Shown here: positions 37,671 to 50,773 of the stretch, in pieces | Layout: every line of letters starts with the position of its first letter | How positions within the stretch are numbered: the first letter of the stretch is position 1 | From: Octopus sinensis | Lineage: Eukaryota | Length of the DNA: 64,000 bases | Direction of reading: 5' to 3' | Assembly (NCBI RefSeq): GCF_006345805.1 | Contig: NC_043000.1 | Span: 10,292,001 to 10,356,000, forward strand | The notes under the pieces: model-generated | The model's input: only the letters and a program-made list of their open reading frames with translations | Told to the model about the DNA's origin: nothing | The model's database searches: none | Made by a program: the position numbers and the translations under genes

Positions 37671-40003
37671 ATGGAGAAAATATTAATCAATTCATCAATG
37701 AAGGATGTACCTATCCCTACTAAGGACCACTACACCAAAGAGCTAATTTATAGAATTAATGAGTTCATTCACAGGATAAGATGGAAGATTTTCCACCACG
37801 AAAACAGTGATAGCAAAATAAACCAAGAATGTAGGAACGAGGCCACCCGCAATGGTACAGGAAATACCTATGAAGAAATAATCAAACTAACTGGCAACAC
37901 ATTTAAATCTAGGAAATCTCCACCACCAAATAAACACCTGGATAACTTTGAACAGGAATTATGGGACACCATCAAGAATATAAAATTTAAAAACCACCCA
38001 TTGAGGAATAACCCGCACCAGTGGAGGTTAAAGGAACTAATAAGAACTCTTAAGGGTAAGGATGGTATTTTAACCCATTCTGATAAAACTAGAAACATTT
38101 ATAATATTGACATCCTCACATACCATGAACTATTGCATAAAGAAATTACAAAGAAGTATAAAACTGTACCTTTCAATACACTTAGGGAACTAAACTTAGA
38201 GATAAGAGATATAATGTTTGATTATTATCTGAAAGATAAAACCGAACCTTATACCCCCATGAGACCGAGAATTACACTTAAAGACCATAAGGAAAACTTT
38301 CTTGGTAACACTCAGGTCAGACTGATTTGCCCTACAAAGTCAGACTTAGGTAAATTGAGTGAACTTATTCTAGACAAATACTTACCAACTATACGTAACA
38401 AGATTAAACTCAGCCTATGGAAAAACACCCATTGGATTGGTTCTCTACAATTCAGGTTAGTAATAGCAGTAGCAATAAATTCATCCAATTTGATATACAA
38501 AATTACTACTCCTCCATTAACCCTATTATACTAAATAAGGCTTTAATTTTTGCTAAGAAACATACCAACTTAAGTATGGGGGAGATAAAGGTTATCTTAA
38601 CAGCTAGAAAAACATTAATAGAGTTTGATAACAAACTACGGACTAGAAAAGACACGCAATTTATTTGACATCACCATGGGCTCGCCGGATTCAGCGGAAG
38701 TGACGGATCTAGTGGGGATGTATCTACTTGATAACCTTAATAGGGAATTCCCTGAATTAAAGGGCGGACTATATAGGGACGATGCTTTATTTCTAGTCAG
38801 AAACACTTCTAATAGGAGGCTAGAATTACTGAAAAAAACAACTACATAAATTTTTTTAAAGTTTTGGCTTATCCGTAGTTATTGAAAATGAAAACTACTC
38901 TGCCAATTATTTAGATGTCAATTGCAACCTTACTAACGGCATTGCTGAAGGCAGGCTACAAAAATAAAATTTGGTATATACCCAATAATAATCCTTCGAA
39001 CACAGGTGGAACTATTAGGAGTAGGGATATTAACAATAGGCATAGTAACATTGATAATATTTATGGTAATAATGGAGTTCATCTAAACAATAATAATAAT
39101 AGGAATAAGAATAACAATAAAGTCACTAATAAAACCAATCTAAAGGGGAATTCTAGGCATTATATTGACAATACTAAGGGTAGAAAGCATATGGGTTGGA
39201 AGAATAATAGAGTTTTTCCCAAGAATAACAACTTGAGGAGTAATCCACATAGTGATGACGATACTCTATGGCTAATAATACCATATGCAATGCAGATTAA
39301 AACCGATATAGTCAGAACTATACATAAAGTAATATATAGACTATTTACTAAGGGTAAGAATAAATTTAGCCAAATAATTAACAATAGAACTATTAGAATA
39401 GGATATAGTATCACGAATAATCTAGCCACCATCATCTCCTCCTTCAACAACAAGAAATTGGATTGCTTCTATAATGATAGAAAGATAAATATGGGTAGTA
39501 GTGAAAATAAGTGCAATAATATCAACAGAAATAGGGCTACGGAGATTTCGGTTAAATCTCCTCAATCTGTTAATGGCTGCAATTGCAGAAGCAAGAATCG
39601 ATGTGTGTTTGGTAATAAATGCCTGAGGAGAGAGGTGGTTTACCAATGCACTGTAAATACACAATATAATAGCAGGGTGTGCATTGGTGCCACTAAAAAT
39701 AGTATAAAACAACGGCTAAACTCTCATAGATATACTTTTAAAAATAAAAATAGGATGAACTCTACGGGGTTAAGTACGTATATCTGGGAACTCAAGAGAA
39801 AGAACATAGATTTTAAACTAGATTGGGAAATACTAACATCTGCACCTGTATACAATAGTAGAAATAAAAAATGCTCTTTATGTATCAATGAAATTTTCTT
39901 CATCATCAAAGCCGGCCAATCCATTATTAACAGCATTAATGAGCGAAATTTTTTTGCCTTCACAAATTGGCGTACACTTTCTCTAAATTTAAATAACATC
40001 TAA
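37671..40003 (+). pseudogene. PLE RT plus GIY-YIG polyprotein, broken by at least three frameshifts
   Basis: SMKDVPIP..Y...LI....EFIHRIRWK N-terminus; FDIQNYYSSI; FDITMGSPDSAEVTDLVG; GLYRDD; CNC...C...C...VVYQ...CIGAT...RLNSH...LSTYIWELK...W.I...CSLC. ORFs 37671-38534, 38417-38668, 38625-38849, 38915-40003. Confidence 0.9.
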
Positions 40004-41640
40004 TTCTTCTACCAGTAACCTTTTAGCATTCATCTATATAGGACTGTACTATTGGTCCTTACAATTTATAATTTATAACTTTTTTGTCTCCATGTATTTG
40101 TTCTACATTAATTGTTTCTGTCCCGACTGAAAAAATATACAAAAATATATAGTTATTCTGATATATGCATGATATTCGGAACCCCACAGAGTCTTTTATA
40201 GGTGTAAGATGTATATGCGCATCATATCTTAGGACAGTAGTTTGAGTTTTTACTATACCAATATGTAATATGTAAGAGTCTATAATTACTATAAGTTGTT
40301 TATCTCGATGAGCATATAATGTGGGATTTTCTTCCTTTTTTACGGTTGGTTTGTTGAGGGTTGTGCGAGGGCGTGCATGCACATGTATGTGCATGTGGGT
40401 GCATTCCGGCGTATCCACTTATACTTACTATATTAGGTTTATCTTTATGCCCTCTTTAATTTGTATTCCATTTTATTTATCTATTTATCTATACATGGAT
40501 ATATATATATATATATATATTCATATTTATATATTTAATTATTTATTTTTGTTTATTTGGCACTTACTAATCTATAATTAATTTAATTTATAATTAATAA
40601 ACTTATTCTAAATTAATAGTAACCTCTGTAGGTGTGTGAAAATGTGTATGTGGACGTATATATGTTTTTGTACATATAGGTATGATCGTGGGTGGATGTA
40701 CGGATGTATGTTTTTATTACACATATGAGCACGCAAGTGCGTACTTGGATGTGTATATATGTATATGCGAATATTCATTCATGGGTGGATATAAATATGG
40801 GTTTTATTTGTACGTATGAGTGCGTAGATATATATTTAAATATATATATATGTGTGTGTGTGCGAAAGTTCCCTGACACAGTATAGGAAAGTGTATTAAT
40901 ATGTATGCGTATATGCGGATGTGCGTGTGAGTGTGTGTGTTAGTGTTAGACACTGCTGCCTGTACTGATATGTCTATAAGCCATGCGATGACAGACATCA
41001 CATCTGCATTTATTGTAGAGATGTGTCGGGGTGTATTCATGTGTGTGTACATGTGTGTGTGAGTTTCTGTGTGGATGTGTGGGTTTTGGGTTAGATGTGG
41101 ATGTGTATGTTTTGCTTGTACGGTGTGGTGGAGGTCGGGCGGTTCTCAATTGACCAACCGTGAGGAAGATAATGATAATTTTAAATTCAAATCCAATAGT
41201 GTATTTATGTCATAAGGAAAACTATTAACTGGAACACGGACATACATATATTCCGCTCTGGATCATAATGTAAGTTATTAATAATATTATGAATGATAAT
41301 AATGATAACATTAATGGTATTGACAACGATAATGATGCTAACTTTAATGACACTTTAGAAATTATTATGAAGTAATATAATGTTCTATTGACTATGTACA
41401 TATGCATCTAAGTACTAATTTGTGTATGTTTATTATCACAATATTAAGTCGAAAAACTGAGACATTGGGTGTGGAACACATATATATGTTTACTAATTTA
41501 TATTATTTATTTATATCATTATGTAAATGTATATTTTTATATGTATAAGAGTGTGAGTATATGCACTCATATGTATATGTATATGTTGTATTGTGGGTAC
41601 GCACCCACACCCATGTGGGTATATATGTAGACTGAGTTAT

Positions 41641-41780
41641 ATTACATAATCTCCGAAGAGGCCTTATGATATTTTTGTTAATGTCTCATTTATATCCATA
41701 TATTGACCTACCATAAAAGGCTAATATTGGTAAAATGAGACATACTTATCTACATGGCCGAAACAGCTGTAAGATGTAAT
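41641..41780 (+). ncRNA. Hammerhead ribozyme candidate in the 3' pLTR, CCGAAGA core, ~100 nt stem II, palindromic stem III
   Basis: Stem I attacat(aa)tct / agatgtaat; core 41653-41659; GGCC 41660-41663 and 41756-41759; internal tgtctcattt/aaatgagaca; GAAA 41760-41763; CAGCTG; TA (cut after 41771). Confidence 0.7.
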
Positions 41781-42192
41781 TTATACTTATATTTATATTT
41801 ACTTATATTTATATTCTCTTTTATATAGATTCTACTTATTATACAACATTACTCTTTTATGTACACTTTTTTATGTACATTCCTTTATGTACACTGATTT
41901 GTTCTGCTTTTTATATTTAACCCTACAGTCCCTTATGTGGTGGCTTAATAAAGTATGTGATTGAGTATTATCTAGTAATTGATATTTGACTTAGATGTAT
42001 TTCTCCATTTTCTTATCTTGTATTAGTAATTTGTGGTAAATCATTTTACTTTTGCTCATATAATACAGTAAATGAATTGATTGCATCGCAATCATTAACA
42101 TTTATGTATTAACTTTGTTGGTATTCACTAGCAGTATATTGGATATACGTTATCCCATATAGGGTTGCATTTACAACCCCTATCTCAATTTG

Positions 42193-42194
<2 letters not shown>

Positions 42195-42246
<52 letters not shown>

Positions 42247-42420
42247 TGTGCATGCAATATTTTCTAGGTTTGCTAATTCTGTTCATATCAAATCATGTAG
42301 AAACATGTCACAGTTATGAATTTTCTAACTTATTGTTATCGCTGCTGGTCATTTTTCTGATGATGCGTCTCAAGTTAGACGAATTGTGTTCCTCTATTAT
42401 TTGTAAGAAGCACATCTATA

Positions 42421-42467
<47 letters not shown>

Positions 42468-43044
42468 TGTATGTATGTGTATATATATATATGTATGTAT
42501 ATGTATGCATGAATGTGTATATATATATGTATGTATGTATATATGTATATACATATATATATATATATATATACATATATATATGTATATATATACATGT
42601 ATGTATGTATATATGTGTGTATGTATGTATATATATATGTATATATGTATGTATGCATTTATATATATATGTATATATGTATAAATATGTATATATATGT
42701 GTATATATATGTATGCAGATGTATGTGTGTATGTGTATATGTATATATATATATATATATGTATGTTGTATATATATGTATGTATGTATATATATATATA
42801 TATATATGTATGTATATATATATATGTATGTATATATATATAAGTATGTGCGTATGTATATGCTGTATATATATGTATATGTATATATATATATGTATAT
42901 ATATATATATGTGCGTGTATATATATATGTGCGTGTATATATATATATATATATGTGTGTATATATATATATATGTCTGTATATATATGTATGTGTGTAT
43001 ATATATGTCTGTATATATATCTATGTATACATATATATTTGTAT

Positions 43045-43075
<31 letters not shown>

Positions 43076-43253
43076 TGTATATATGTGTATGTATGTATAT
43101 ATATGTATGTATGTGTATATGTATATATGTATATATAAGTATGTGTATACATATATATGTATGTGTATATATATATATATATAGATATATATATATTTAT
43201 ATATTTAAATATACACATATATATGTATATGTATATACATATATGTATGTATG

Positions 43254-43302
<49 letters not shown>

Positions 43303-43414
43303 TATAATATAACATACACGCACATACATACACACATACACACTCACACGCACACATGCACATTCATACATACATGCAAATATATTTATACGTGTATATA
43401 TGTGTATATATGTG

Positions 43415-43448
<34 letters not shown>

Positions 43449-43470
43449 GTGTGTGTGTGTGTGTATACGT
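42195..43470. repeat. Long compound (TA)n/(TG)n/(TATG)n low-complexity block
   Basis: Direct reading; the YICV-type ORFs here are artefacts. Confidence 0.93.
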
Positions 43471-43611
43471 ATGTATATTCATACGTGTGCTATTTGTTGC
43501 TTCAGCAGCCAGTATGAAGAAAATTAATGACGTTCTAACAATCTTTGATATTCCCAAGACGTTTGCTCAGAATAATTGCTGAAATCATCTCATTTACTGT
43601 AATTCCCACAG

Positions 43612-43711
43612 GAAGTTACGTGTAACCCTGGATATACGTGCCAGGTAAAAGTAGGCTCAAAAAAATGTCCTTCAGGCTTGTGCAAGACGGAGGTGGCGAA
43701 ATGTGTTCCTG
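43612..43711 (+). CDS. Exon (phase 0-1): FOLN-like Cys module
   Basis: ttcccacag|GAA...; EVTCNPGYTCQVKVGSKKCPSGLCKTEVAKCVP + G|gtaagc; 100 nt, in frame with both neighbours. Confidence 0.85.
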
Positions 43712-44706
43712 GTAAGCACACAAAAGATTCTCATTACTGTCTAATCGTATTTTACGTGACTATACTGCTTTCCAGATTCATTATAGCTCAAAGATTTAGG
43801 CAAAATATCATGCCATTCTTACTGCTTTATTTCTCGTTTCTTTCTTTTCTCTTTTCTTTGTGCATGTCCACTGCTCCCTCTCTCTCTCTCTCTCTCCCAA
43901 TCTCTTTCAATCTCTTTCAATCTCTCTCTCTCTCTCACTTTATACGTCTCATATTTCTATTTCCATTCAACAGAGAATTTATCATTTGACGTTTCTCTCA
44001 GCAAACATTAAAGAGCCTGTATAATTATAGATGATGAATGCATGTCATTATCGTTGGTGGTGGTGTGGTGGTGGTGGTGGTGGTGGTGGTGGGGATGCTG
44101 AAGGTGATGATGATGATGTCAGTTCTTATCAAACCAACCTGTGATTAAATGTATTCTATCTCTGACCTTCCCGTCTTTAATCCAGATATAACGTAATAAC
44201 ATACCAAGGATTATATTATTCCATCTGTTTATTTCTATTCTTAAGACAACAGAGGGCGGCTTGAGGGAGATTTGACTGCTATTAACGATAAGACCTGCAG
44301 ATTATTCCATGCTACTGTATATCCTCAGTTCAGCAGAAAAAAAAATCAAAATTATGAGCATCCTGATTTAATTTTTATTTTAAGATATAAATGTATATAT
44401 ATATATATATATACATCCACTGCCGGATGAAACCTTGTCTTATTGCTGGTTGTAGGCCGACATATTCTATGCAGGCCAATTTCTGGTCGTGTGGCACTCC
44501 GTGGTCAGACGATTAGCTCTTGTCATTCGCAACTAATCAGAATTCAAGCTCAGATTCAAATTGCAAAGAGCCAGAACGGACAACGTAAAACATCTTGTTC
44601 GAGCCTCTAACAATTACACCAGTCAACTGCCTCTATAAAGCGACGGCGAAGGGAGCAGCTGGCTGGCAAAATCGTTAGCACATCGGACAAAATACTGCAT
44701 GTCTTC

Positions 44707-45017
44707 CGTGGAGGCGCAATGGCCCAGTGGTTAGGGCAGCGGACTCGTGGTCAGAGGATCGCGGTTTCGATTCCCAGACCGGGCGCTGTGTGTGTTTATT
44801 GAGTGAAAACACTTAAAGCTCCACGAGGCTCCGGCAGGAGGTGGTGGCGACGCCTGTTGTACCCTTTCGCCCCAACTTTCTCTCACACTCTCTTCCTGTT
44901 TCTTGAGTAATGCTGCGATGGACTGGCGTCCCGCCCCAGCTGGGAGGAACACATACGCCACAGAAATCGGAAAACCGGGCCCATGAGCCTGGCTAGGCTT
45001 GAAAAGGGCGAGAGGAG
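44707..45017 (+). mobile_element. SINE B tail ii inserted in an older SINE A (~44655-45170)
   Basis: TSD gcatgtcttc (44697-44706 and 45018-45027). Confidence 0.88.
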
Positions 45018-45538
45018 GCATGTCTTCTGGCTTACGTTCTGATTTCAAATTCCGTAGAATTTGATTTTGCCCGTCATCCTTTCAGAGGTCGATAAAACAA
45101 GTATCAATCGAGCACTGGGTTTGATGTAATCGATTGGTACGCTAACCCCAAAATTTCAAGCCTTGTGCCTACAGAAATTTAATCGACACTGAAAGAATGA
45201 AAGAAAAAAAATTGACTGTAGCCGGGATCGAACTCAGAGCGTAGAAGTTAATGCAAAAATCTGACGCTCTAACGTTTCCACCAATTCGCTAACTATATCG
45301 CAACAAAATCATTGGCTATTGACTGTTAAATTTGCTGTAATTGCGTTATTAATCAAGTTAATTATTAAAGATGAAACACTGTTCCTATCAAATATTTAAT
45401 TTCTATTTATAACTTCTATTTAATTTATCAGTAATTATCGATAATTATCATAATTAAAATGAAAACAATCGTTAATACACAATAATAATCATCTTCACTC
45501 ATACAGACATTAGATAATTACTATGTATTGACTTATAT

Positions 45539-45570
<32 letters not shown>

Positions 45571-45796
45571 GGGTGATGCTATCATCATCATCATCACTAC
45601 TATCACCACCACCACCACCATCATCACCGTGGCTAACAAACTAACAACCATTGTACAATAAGCAGCCAACGAGGGAGCCTCTGCGTAGTTGTTCGACTTA
45701 CTGGAAATAGTAACTAAATCGAGTCACAGCCTTCTGGCTTCATTGAATGAAGATGGGGTAATCGCAGATAAGGTAGAATACCTTTGATTATTTAAG

Positions 45797-45998
45797 AAAC
45801 TTTAGCATGCCGGGCGAAATGCTCAGCGGTATTTCGTCTGCCGCTACGTTCTGAGTTCAAATTCCGCCGAGGTCGTCTTTGCCTTTCATCCCTTCGGGGT
45901 CGATAAATGAAGTACCAGTTGCGAACTGGGGTCGATCTGATCGACTTCATTCTCTCCCAAAAGTTTCGGGCTTTGTGCTTAGAGTAGAAAAAATTATT
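45797..45998 (+). mobile_element. SINE A subfamily, 5'-truncated, alternative tail
   Basis: Family A core; tail ctcccaaaagtttcgggctttgtgcttagagtagaaa. Confidence 0.82.
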
Positions 45999-46129
45999 CA
46001 AGTCTACTCGATCAAAGCTGACCAAGAACTAAAACACCACCACCAACAACACCGACAACAACGATTTTAATAATTTTTTTGTTTTGCTTTGTTTTGTTAT
46101 TTTTCATTGATTTTTTTTTTTTTTGTCAG

Positions 46130-46309
46130 CCGGAAGTCTCGGTAAGGTGGAGAATATTTGTGAAGCCGGTACACCGAATGGCTATTGTTTTGGTAAGGTT
46201 TCACCCGTCGTCAACTGTATTGGCAATTATAAATGCGTCATTCATCCGAGCAACAACTACGGGCTTTGTTGCCTGAAACCCTCTGCAACCACGTTCAGCA
46301 ATGTCCCAT
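46130..46309 (+). CDS. Exon (phase 1-1, 180 nt): lustrin/WR1-type six-Cys repeat
   Basis: Poly-T..gtcag|CC; GSLGKVENICEAGTPNGYCFGKVSPVVNCIGNYKCVIHPSNNYGLCCLKPSATTFSNVP + T|gtaaat. Confidence 0.82.
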
Positions 46310-46356
46310 GTAAATATTACAACCTTTCTTTCTTTTTATTATATTTTTTTTTATCA

Positions 46357-46531
46357 CACCGGTGTTGGTATATTTGGGTCCCCCGTAACTTAACGTTTCG
46401 GCAATAAAGACCGACAGATTAAGTTCCAGTCTTAAAATAAAATTAAGTTCTGGGATCGATTCAATCGACTAAAAATTCTTCAAGGTGATGCCCCAGCATG
46501 ACCGCAATCTAATGACTGAAACAAGTAAAAT
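46357..46531 (+). mobile_element. Degraded SINE C, 3' half
   Basis: cccgtaacttaacgtttcggc...ccccagcatgaccgc...tgactgaaacaagtaaaa. Confidence 0.7.
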
Positions 46532-46610
46532 ACATACACACACACACACACACACACACATACATATATATATTATATATATATATATATATAATATATA
46601 TAATATATAT

Positions 46611-46660
<50 letters not shown>

Positions 46661-46968
46661 CAGCAAAACAATTAAGATTCAAATGAATTCAAATGAATAT
46701 GGTACCTAACTTAGATGCACCAGAATTCTTTATGGTATTAACCATAAAATTATGTGGGGTGATTATAACCAAGAAAAAAGCAACAAGAATGGATCGGTAG
46801 TTTAGTACAATTGTTTCATACTATAAACATTTTATTTAAAGCTGCAAATATTACAGCAAATATAATGTCAAGTATTCATCAGCTAAATCACATATAGGTT
46901 AAATAAAATGTTTATTGTATGAAACAATTGTACTAAACTACCGTTCCATTCTTGTTGCTTTTTTCTTG

Positions 46969-47013
<45 letters not shown>

Positions 47014-48120
47014 TGTATTTTTGTGGTTGAAACCTTTTGGATTACTGGTGCTAGAGTGAGCCATATAGTGACCACTCTCTTATATTTATATTATATTATA
47101 TATATATATATATATATATAAAACTTATAAACAAGGACCAAAGAAAAAAATTCTAATGCCAAATATGCCGAAAAGCGACCATTTTCATTTTTCATTTTTT
47201 ATATAATTTCATCACATTTACATTCGTTTATGTTTTTATCCCCACTGTGGTCTTGTCTGTCGTTGTGGTGTCCTCTCTATGTTTGGGGCTTATGCCTAAT
47301 ATAGAAATTGGCTTGATGGGTAGAGGTGAGAAGCAAGTGAGTTTAGGCAAATTCAGGAGACAGTAAGCTTAGTTTAACCAGGCAGCAGAGTCGTAAGAGC
47401 ATGCATGTAGTATTTACTCTAACGCTCTAAGTTCAAATCTTGCGTAAATCAACATTGCCCTTTATTGTCTTTTATCCTTTCGGAGTCGATAATAAAGTGC
47501 CTGTCCAACGGAAGTGTTAAAGCATTGGATGAGATGTCCTGCGGTATTTGTACTGACCGTTTGTGTTCTGGCGGCAAGCTACGACAACAGCAACTCTAAG
47601 TACCAAGCTACGTTGGTTTATTATGAAAAACTTTACTTTCGGACAACACTAACAGCGAGAAGGGAAACTTGCATGCATGGTCAACTGTTTGTCTTTCTCA
47701 AGAAAACCTTGCGCCAGTTGATGCAGATTCATGGCCAATCCTAACCAACGGTCAGAGATTATCATAACATAAACCAATGTCTAACAGGGTTCATAGATAA
47801 AGTAAACCAGTAAAGAGCAGGGTTTATAAGGAAACCCAACATATAATCAAGACGTGTAGGTGCTCTTTAGTTTCGTTTCGCCATCACGGTTCAGGTACCA
47901 CCTTCAGAATAAGGATCAAAATAGAGAATGAAATTATATCCTTGATCGGTGAATCTTACGAAGTAAAACTGTAAAGACGACTTCTATTGTCTTGCGTCGA
48001 GCACGATGCCAGACGCTGCTCAATCGATTGTTACATAAATGATTCTCTCTACGGGGAGTAATTTCAAATAATTAAAAAATTCTTGGCACAATGCATCGAA
48101 TATGTAAGCACTAACCTATT

Positions 48121-48417
48121 TATTATTTACTTATGCGCCCTTTTTAAGGCCAGCCAGGCTCATGGGACCGATTTCCCGGTTTCTATGGCGTATGTGCTCC
48201 CCCCAGCTGAACGGGACGCCAAGAAACAGGAAGAAAGAGTGAGAGAAATTTGGGACGAAAGAGTACAACTGGGGTCGCCACCACCCCCTGCCGGAACCTC
48301 GTGGAGCTTTAGGTGTTTTCGCTCAATAAACACACACAACGCCCGGTCTGGGAATCGAAACCGCGATCCTCCGATCGTGAGTCCGCTGCCCTAACCCCTG
48401 GGCCATTGCGCCTCCAC
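48121..48417 (-). mobile_element. SINE B tail ii, internal deletion
   Basis: 16-bp TSD taagcactaacctatt (48105-48120 and 48418-48433). Confidence 0.88.
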
Positions 48418-48632
48418 TAAGCACTAACCTATTACCATATGTTATTGTTCGTGACTATTGTGGTTGACTTGACAGTTGCGGTATTTAAAATTCATTCCTG
48501 AATTGAATGTATTGTAAGTTTCTACGCATGGTCTTCTGTGAGTGTATGCTGTGTTGCGTATGTTTTATGTGTTGCTGTCAGATGATAGCTTTTAAGATTT
48601 CAATTCAATTTAGTTACCACTTATTATTCCAG

Positions 48633-48788
48633 TATGTGAACAACCCACAAAAGTGGGACTATGTCGCGCCAGAATGCTGCGGTATTTCTTCAACAGCCAA
48701 TCAGGCCATTGTGAAATATTTTCATATTCTGGTTGTCAAGGAAACGAGAATAATTTCGAAACTAAAGAAGAATGCGAACAATCTTGCC
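48633..48788 (+). CDS. Exon (phase 1-1, 156 nt): BPTI/Kunitz domain 1, P1 = Arg
   Basis: ttattccag|TA TGT; CEQPTKVGLCRARMLRYFFNSQSGHCEIFSYSGCQGNENNFETKEECEQSC + C|gtaagt; six Cys plus GC.GN.NNF. Confidence 0.93.
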
Positions 48789-48931
48789 GTAAGTTTAATA
48801 ATATTTTTTTCAAGCTTCCAATATTAAATCTTCCCACTTATTTATCAAAGGACTGTTACTTCGAATACGAACTTTACTACTCTGTTTATTTACTATCCAA
48901 TCCTGCCAAATTCACGTAAATGCTTATTTTC

Positions 48932-49490
48932 TTTATTTTTATTTTTCATTTCATATAGTTTCAGCTCACGAGCTGTGGCCATGCTGGGGCACCGCCATTT
49001 GGTGTTGCTACATAATTTTACTTCACGAATGCTTTTTAACAATTGACATTTGGTGCATGAGAGAGTTTGATGCAGCTGCTCTCATCTGCACCTCCTGCTG
49101 CGAAGTTGGTTCATCTAGGATACCTGACAGGAAGAGGTCCAGCTTTATTTTGAAGACACCTACATCCACCCCATGCTGGTTTCTCAGGTCCTTCGGGAGG
49201 ATATTGAAGAGCTGTGGGCCTCTGAAGCCCAGGCTATTGCAGTATCTTGCCCTACATTTTGATGGCAGACTTGGAGTCCTTGGCACTGTGCAGTGGCGCC
49301 CAGTCCTAGTATTTGTGTAACTCTCGGTGCCAAAGTGTGAGACAAGTCCTTCCAGGATCTTCCAGATGTTTATTATGGCTTATCTTTCTCGCCTATGCTC
49401 TAAGGAATAGAGTCTTAATCTCTTGAGTCTTTCTCAATAGCTTATATGCTGCATAGAGGCTATCTTCGTGTAACTTCGTTGGATTGCCTC
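48932..49490 (-). mobile_element. CR1-clade LINE 3' end with 3' UTR stem-loop and A-rich tail
   Basis: ORF 49023..49286: NSLGFRGPQLFNILPKDLRN...FKIKLDLFLSGILDEP...RAAASNSL; 3' UTR ggcggtgccccagcatggccacagctcgtgagctgaaac. Confidence 0.85.
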
Positions 49491-49829
49491 AAATCTGAGA
49501 TTAATTTGACACTGGTTGGTGACCATAGCTGAATAGTTTAAACTAAAAGTTATATAGATTGAACTAAAAGTGCCTCAACACTTTTCATTAAACCCATATT
49601 AATTCTCTTCATAGATAGGTTTGTTTGGTGTGAATAGTAATTGTAAATATAAGAAGCCTTACTTTATCAGCAGGTATCTTCCTGGACTACTTCTGCAAGT
49701 TTTCAAGCCATCTTAATACTACTACTACTACGTTATTTTCAAAGCATTTTCCCCATTATACGCCGGTTTAGCTATTTTTAAAGGTACCCGAAAAAAACGT
49801 GTATCTCGATTTACACGAAACTTGTTTTA

Positions 49830-50100
49830 TTCCGTTTGTATTCGCATGAGCATCCGATTCATGATGTCTCCTGCTTTTGTCCCTTTCCTTCTGTTTCGCC
49901 AGATGCTCAGCTCTCCGAGCGTCCGATTCCTGATCTCTCCTGCTTCCATCTCTTTCATTCTGTTCCGCCAGACGCTCAGCCTTTACTTTATCAGTCTCAT
50001 CGATCATTCTATTCGCATGCCTGTCCCGATCTTGGGTAAATATTTCGTAAAGGACTCGTTCGTACCTCAGTGTGAAATCGTTTTTTTCCACGGATGTTTT
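49830..50100 (-). mobile_element. Possible Helitron RepHel N-terminal charged-repeat fragment
   Basis: DETDKVKAERLAEQNERDGSRRDQESDARRAEHLAKQKERDKSRRHHESDA resembles E....RL......R repeats; no Rep or helicase motif seen. Confidence 0.35.
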
Positions 50101-50525
50101 CAAGTGCATTCGACGTATCTGACCTCCAAACTTGCTGCAAATCACTTTTTTTTTCGGAAAAGAAAACGGTGGAGGGGTGGCGAGGACCTCGGAGTTTCCC
50201 GGGAAACCCCGATTTTCCCACCAACGGAGTTTTGTTTCGCGGATTTTTTTCTTTTCCTGCTTATTTCGCATACTTTCAACGAATGTGACATCGAAATCAC
50301 GCGTAAACGGCTCCTTTCCTCAGAAAAAGAAAGATTTGGCTGCTATTTCTAGCACGCCCTGCTACCATCTAACAGTTATTTCGGGTCCTTTATCGCAAAT
50401 AATTTTTATTCCGTTTGTATTCACATTTCGGGGGCACCTTAATTCATAGTATTTTCCCATTATGCGCCAGTTTGACTGCATTAAATGACAGACAAGTGCG
50501 CAAGCAAGCAATCAGCGAGTTTTAA

Positions 50526-50773
<248 letters not shown>

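Larger units (their letters stand above)
37087..42194 (+). mobile_element. Penelope-like element, Naiad-type, near full length, with inverted 5' pLTR
   Basis: 37087-37463 is the reverse complement of 41647-42023; 37462-37527 is directly repeated at 42129-42194; (TA)n on both flanks; RT and GIY-YIG ORF inside. Confidence 0.88.

Noticed and set aside
39560-39900. Possible selenocysteine (UGA) recoding as reported for some Naiad elements
   Set aside because: The conserved GIY-YIG cysteines here are ordinary TGC/TGT codons and the ORF breaks are frameshifts, not in-frame TGA.
42416-43557. Long ORFs (up to 233 aa) rich in Y/I/C/V/M, and similar ORFs throughout the window
   Set aside because: They are translations of (TA)n/(TG)n/(AAT)n microsatellites that lack stop codons; no domain signal.
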